Assembly: GCA_903903205.1 (NCBI GenBank)
Contig: CAIUXU010000189.1
Coordinates: 1-38,094 of the forward strand
Direction of reading: 5' to 3'
DNA length: 38,094 bases
Origin: an uncultured Syntrophobacterales bacterium
GTDB taxonomy: Bacteria; Desulfobacterota; Syntrophia; Syntrophales; UBA5619
In this document: in pieces, positions 34,764 through 38,094 of the stretch
Layout of the letters: every line of letters begins with the position of its first letter
How positions within the stretch are numbered: position 1 is the first letter of the stretch
Program-made: the position numbers and the translations under genes
Notes under the pieces: generated by a model
Seen by the model: only the letters and a program-made list of their open reading frames with translations
Told to the model about the DNA's origin: nothing
The model's database searches: none

Positions 34764-34985
34764 ATGAATTTCAGAGCGAAATACTACGCGAATCTGAGAG
34801 ACGGAAAGAGCATCTATCTCTGCTCAGGTCACATCGAAAAGGTTTCCCGAAAGATCGATGACGCTGGCCACATGCAGCTCAAACGAGGCGTCCGCTCCAT
34901 AGGGTCACTCTCCATCTACTCGCGAGAAACCTGTGTCGAATGTCGGCGCAATCATGGTTGGTCGTCCATTCCTGAGGTGAAATAG
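34764..34985 (+). CDS. Hypothetical protein, possible Zn binding
   Basis: GAGG RBS at ATG 34764; YLCSGH...TCVECR. Confidence 0.5.
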   Translation: MNFRAKYYANLRDGKSIYLCSGHIEKVSRKIDDAGHMQLKRGVRSIGSLSIYSRETCVECRRNHGWSSIPEVK

Positions 34986-35218
34986 TGCAACGAAATATCA
35001 CGATCACGCTTTCCAGCCAGCATGGTTCGCCCTGCCCCCCCCCGACCCCTCAGAATAGAATTCATATCAAGTGTCTACCGGGGGAACTATTCGAGTGGGT
35101 CCTCCGCCAGTGCCTCCAGATATACGGCACGCAGAACCCCAAAATATGGGTCCGGGTGAATTATGATTTTGGTGGGAAAATGGGAAAACGGTTTTTGACC
35201 ACGGGAGAGCAGGGATGA
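34985..35218 (+). CDS. Hypothetical protein
   Basis: GAGGTG RBS, GTG start; ATGA overlap with the helicase gene. Confidence 0.4.
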   Translation: MQRNITITLSSQHGSPCPPPTPQNRIHIKCLPGELFEWVLRQCLQIYGTQNPKIWVRVNYDFGGKMGKRFLTTGEQG

Positions 35219-36810
35219 CCGACGACGGGGACGAGAGCAAAAAGCTGACGGAGGAACGAGTGGCGCAGGAGGCGGCGGGGATCCCCCGGGCGGATGAGGC
35301 GCCGAAGGTGACGCGCAAGCTCATCAATGACTGCCTGTTCGCAAACGAACTCGGCGACGGGATTCTTTATGCGACGCTTTTCCGGGGCCGCTTCCTGTAC
35401 GCAAAAAGCACGACGACTTGGTACGAGTGGAACGGCAACTACTGGCAGCAGGACGTGATGAACCGCTCCCTGGCCGCCGTGGAAGATGTCGTCGCGCTAT
35501 ACCTCGGCGAGTACAAGAAAATCTCCTCTGAGGTTTCCGACGCGATAGCAAAGGGCGCCGATGCCAAGGGCGATCCGATAAAAAAGCTGGAGGGCCAGCA
35601 AGACCGTCTGCTCAAACGCGCCTCCGCACTCCGCGCAGCCGGTAAGCGCCGGGCGGCCTGCCTGGAGTTCGCCCACACGCTTCCAGAAAACCCGCTCGCT
35701 ATCAAGGGTGAGGAGTTCGACCAGCAGCCTTGGCTTTTCCCCTGCGCAAATGGCGTCCTGGATCTGCGCACCGGCCTGCTGAATCCCGGCGTCCCCGGCG
35801 ATTATCTGTCGCTGGCCAGCCCCATAGAATTTCTGGGCATTGATTACCCGGCGCCCCTCTGGGAGAAATCCCTCCTCGAAATCTTCAACGGCAAAAAAGA
35901 GATGGTCGCCTACATGCAGCGCCTGCTCGGGTATTGCATCACTGGCATCGTCAACCAGAAGGTCTTTCCGGTTTTGTATGGCCGCACCGGATGGAATGGC
36001 CGTAGCCTCATCGTCGAGACTGTCAATTATGTGATGGGCGCGATGGCCGCCACCATCCAGTCCGAGATGCTTCTGTCGCAAAGATTTTCCAAATCCTCCT
36101 CCGGTCCATCCCCAGACATCATGTCGCTGAAGGGTATCCGCCTGTCGTTCGCCTCTGAGATTGAAGAGAATCAACAGTTCAGCACCGCAAAAATCAAGAA
36201 GCTCACCGGCAAGAATACCCTGGTTGGCAGGCACCCGAACGACAAGTATGAAGTCCGCTTTGCACCGACGCAAAAGATCATGATCGAGACCAATATCCAG
36301 CCCTCGGCCCCGGCCAATGACAGGTCGTTCTGGGAGCGGATGCACCTGATTCCTTTTGATATCAGTTTTGTGAACCGCGATCCTATCGAGGCGCATGAGC
36401 GCCGGGCCATTATGGATCTCGATGATCAAGTCCGTAAAGAGGCGCCGGGAATTCTCGCCTGGCTGCTGCGCGGCTGTCTGTTCTGGCAGCAGCAGGGCTT
36501 GATGCCTCCACAGGAAGTGACCAACGCGGCGGCTGAATACCGGCGCAACGAGGATCTCCTCGGCGATTTCATCGAGGCTTGTTGTGTGCTCACCCCTGCC
36601 GCCAAGGTTTTATCCAAGGTGATCTACCAGCGCTACATCGCCTGGTACAAAGAGAATGTTGACTCGCGCGAAAAAAAGGAACCGACCATCACCGCGTTCG
36701 GCAAGCAGCTCGGGCGGGTTTTTGAGAAGCACCGCGTCAACGGCATCGTTGAATATATCGGCATCGATGTGAAGGATGCTCCCCCGGATGATACACAGTT
36801 GGGTGTGTAA
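35215..36810 (+). CDS. P4-family/D5-like SF3 helicase (D5_N + helicase + winged helix)
   Basis: WYEWNGNYW, CANGVLDLRTG, LYGRTGWNGRS (Walker A), FASE (Walker B), IKKLTG, ETN and WERMHLIPF. Confidence 0.9.
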   Translation: MTDDGDESKKLTEERVAQEAAGIPRADEAPKVTRKLINDCLFANELGDGILYATLFRGRFLYAKSTTTWYEWNGNYWQQDVMNRSLAAVEDVVALYLGEYKKISSEVSDAIAKGADAKGDPIKKLEGQQDRLLKRASALRAAGKRRAACLEFAHTLPENPLAIKGEEFDQQPWLFPCANGVLDLRTGLLNPGVPGDYLSLASPIEFLGIDYPAPLWEKSLLEIFNGKKEMVAYMQRLLGYCITGIVNQKVFPVLYGRTGWNGRSLIVETVNYVMGAMAATIQSEMLLSQRFSKSSSGPSPDIMSLKGIRLSFASEIEENQQFSTAKIKKLTGKNTLVGRHPNDKYEVRFAPTQKIMIETNIQPSAPANDRSFWERMHLIPFDISFVNRDPIEAHERRAIMDLDDQVRKEAPGILAWLLRGCLFWQQQGLMPPQEVTNAAAEYRRNEDLLGDFIEACCVLTPAAKVLSKVIYQRYIAWYKENVDSREKKEPTITAFGKQLGRVFEKHRVNGIVEYIGIDVKDAPPDDTQLGV

Positions 36811-37215
36811 ATGAGAGGAATTTTCAGAAAAATGAATTTATTCAAAAAAAATGAAATTGCGTCACCTAACCATGTAACCATGTCAAAACGGCAGACACGG
36901 CCCGGTCTCGGTGCACGGTTGCCCCGCGCAGCATTTACCACTTATCTATCGGGAATAGCTGTAGATAGTTGGTTTGGGTGTGTTTTGGGATACATGGTTG
37001 GAGGGTTCTACGTAGGTTTATTCTCCTTGAAAAATGATTATTTTAAATTTTCGGCCCCATAGGGACAGACCATCCCTTACTATGTATCTCCAAAGGGGGG
37101 AGCTTATTGTATATTGTTTTTATTGTAATGAAATTAAATATATAGAAGAAAAAAAGAGAGAAAAAAGAGGAAAAAGCCAGAATTTCAAACCATGTATTTT
37201 GTTTGTAGAGGCGAA
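36811..37215. promoter_or_regulatory. Candidate replication origin with AACCATGT iterons
   Basis: AT-rich 405-bp gap between helicase and primase; AACCATGT at 36868, 36876 and 37188, inverted at 36992. Confidence 0.6.
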
Positions 37216-38094
37216 ATGAATACGCTCGACCTGGCCATGAAAAATGTCGTCTTGAAAAAAGCATCCGGCACCAACGGCGGGGAGTGGCAAGGGCCTTGCC
37301 CGGCTTGCGGCGGGGATGATCGCTTTCATGTGTGGCCAGAACAGAACGAGGGGAAGGGCGCGTATTGGTGTCGGGGCTGCGGGAAGACGGGCGACAACAT
37401 TCAGTACCTGCGGGATTTTTGCGGTCTGTCGTTCCGGGATGCGTGCGCTGAGTTGCGGATCGATCTGCCTGCCGGGCGGAATGACTTTAAAACGCCTCCT
37501 CCGCAGCGGACAAAGCCGGTCTTCGCGCCGGTCTCTCACGCCTCACCTGCCGATTTATGGCAAGAGCACGCGGGTAAACTGGTCGCCTGGGCGCAAGGGT
37601 GCATCGAAAACAACCAGGAAATCCTCGTGTGGCTGGCTGCCAGGGGCATAAATCATGACGCGGTGGTGTCCTCATGCCTCGGCTGGAATCCTGGAGAGAC
37701 GGGAAAAGACCTCTACCGCCCCCGAAAATCGTGGGGCCTGCCGGAAATTCTCAAGGCGGATGGTCGACCGAAGGCGCTCTGCATCCCGCGCGGCCTAGTC
37801 ATCCCCTACATCTCCGGCGGTATCATCCAACGGATTCGGATCCGCCGCCCGGAACACCATCGGACAGAACAATGGCCCGCGCCCTATTACGTCCTTCCGG
37901 GTTCGGCGATGCCGACGATGCTACTCGGGCGGGAGCGGCGCGCGTTCGTCGTCGTCGAGTCGGAGTTGGATGCGATTGCCTGCTGCTCAGGAAAGTCCCT
38001 GGCTGGCGCCGTCGCCCTCGGGTCGGTCAGCGCGAAACCGGATGCGGATACCTTCACTGTCCTCCAGGGCGCGCTCCAGATCCTCAATGCACTC
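37216..38094 (+). CDS. 5' part of zinc-ribbon/Toprim primase (runs off the end, continues at the window start)
   Basis: GAGG RBS; GEWQGPCPACGGDDRF...YWCRGCGKTGDNIQY zinc-binding domain; missing from the ORF track because it has no stop in the window. Confidence 0.9.
   Translation, partial: MNTLDLAMKNVVLKKASGTNGGEWQGPCPACGGDDRFHVWPEQNEGKGAYWCRGCGKTGDNIQYLRDFCGLSFRDACAELRIDLPAGRNDFKTPPPQRTKPVFAPVSHASPADLWQEHAGKLVAWAQGCIENNQEILVWLAARGINHDAVVSSCLGWNPGETGKDLYRPRKSWGLPEILKADGRPKALCIPRGLVIPYISGGIIQRIRIRRPEHHRTEQWPAPYYVLPGSAMPTMLLGRERRAFVVVESELDAIACCSGKSLAGAVALGSVSAKPDADTFTVLQGALQILNAL
37706..38094. repeat. Terminal direct repeat copy 2
   Basis: 382/389 identical to 1-389. Confidence 0.95.

Noticed and set aside
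35035..35043. C9 tract as a phase-variation switch
   Set aside because: In a weakly supported ORF of a GC-rich genome; no evidence of length variation.
36811..37219. ORFs 36811-37062 and 37034-37219
   Set aside because: Atypical composition, weak RBS; better explained as an origin region.
1..38094. Reverse transcriptase, template repeat or avd of a complete DGR
   Set aside because: No ORF of suitable size with RT motifs and no second copy of the VR found by eye; a self-alignment should confirm.
37706..38094. Biological direct terminal repeat (T7-like ends)
   Set aside because: It splits an essential gene, the copies differ, and a GpA-type terminase usually implies cos packaging.

Overview
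Essentially complete circular genome (about 37.7 kb unique) of a temperate, lambda-like siphophage. Bases 1-389 are repeated at 37706-38094 and split the primase gene. Gene order: primase / Gp37-Gp68 / terminase / gpW, portal, protease-capsid fusion, decoration and neck genes / a three-gene glycosyltransferase-methyltransferase cassette / tail tube, frameshifting tail chaperone / displaced lysis block / tape measure and tail tip genes / CLec-type receptor-binding protein / intact attP (3' half of tRNA-Lys UUU) / tyrosine integrase, stand-alone PAS protein, cI/cro switch / early genes, P4-type helicase and an iteron-bearing origin. The most interesting signals are four. (1) A candidate phage-encoded virion glycosylation system with a recurrent [A/G/D]-Ser-Pro motif in surface-type structural proteins, absent from the capsid and tape measure. 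(2) A receptor-binding gene ending in a DGR-like variable repeat, with no RT, TR or avd found in the genome. (3) A LapG/BTLCP-type cysteine protease domain inside a tail protein. (4) A PAS sensor with an 11-unit CA microsatellite between repressor and integrase. All family assignments are from motif recognition by eye; no searches were run.
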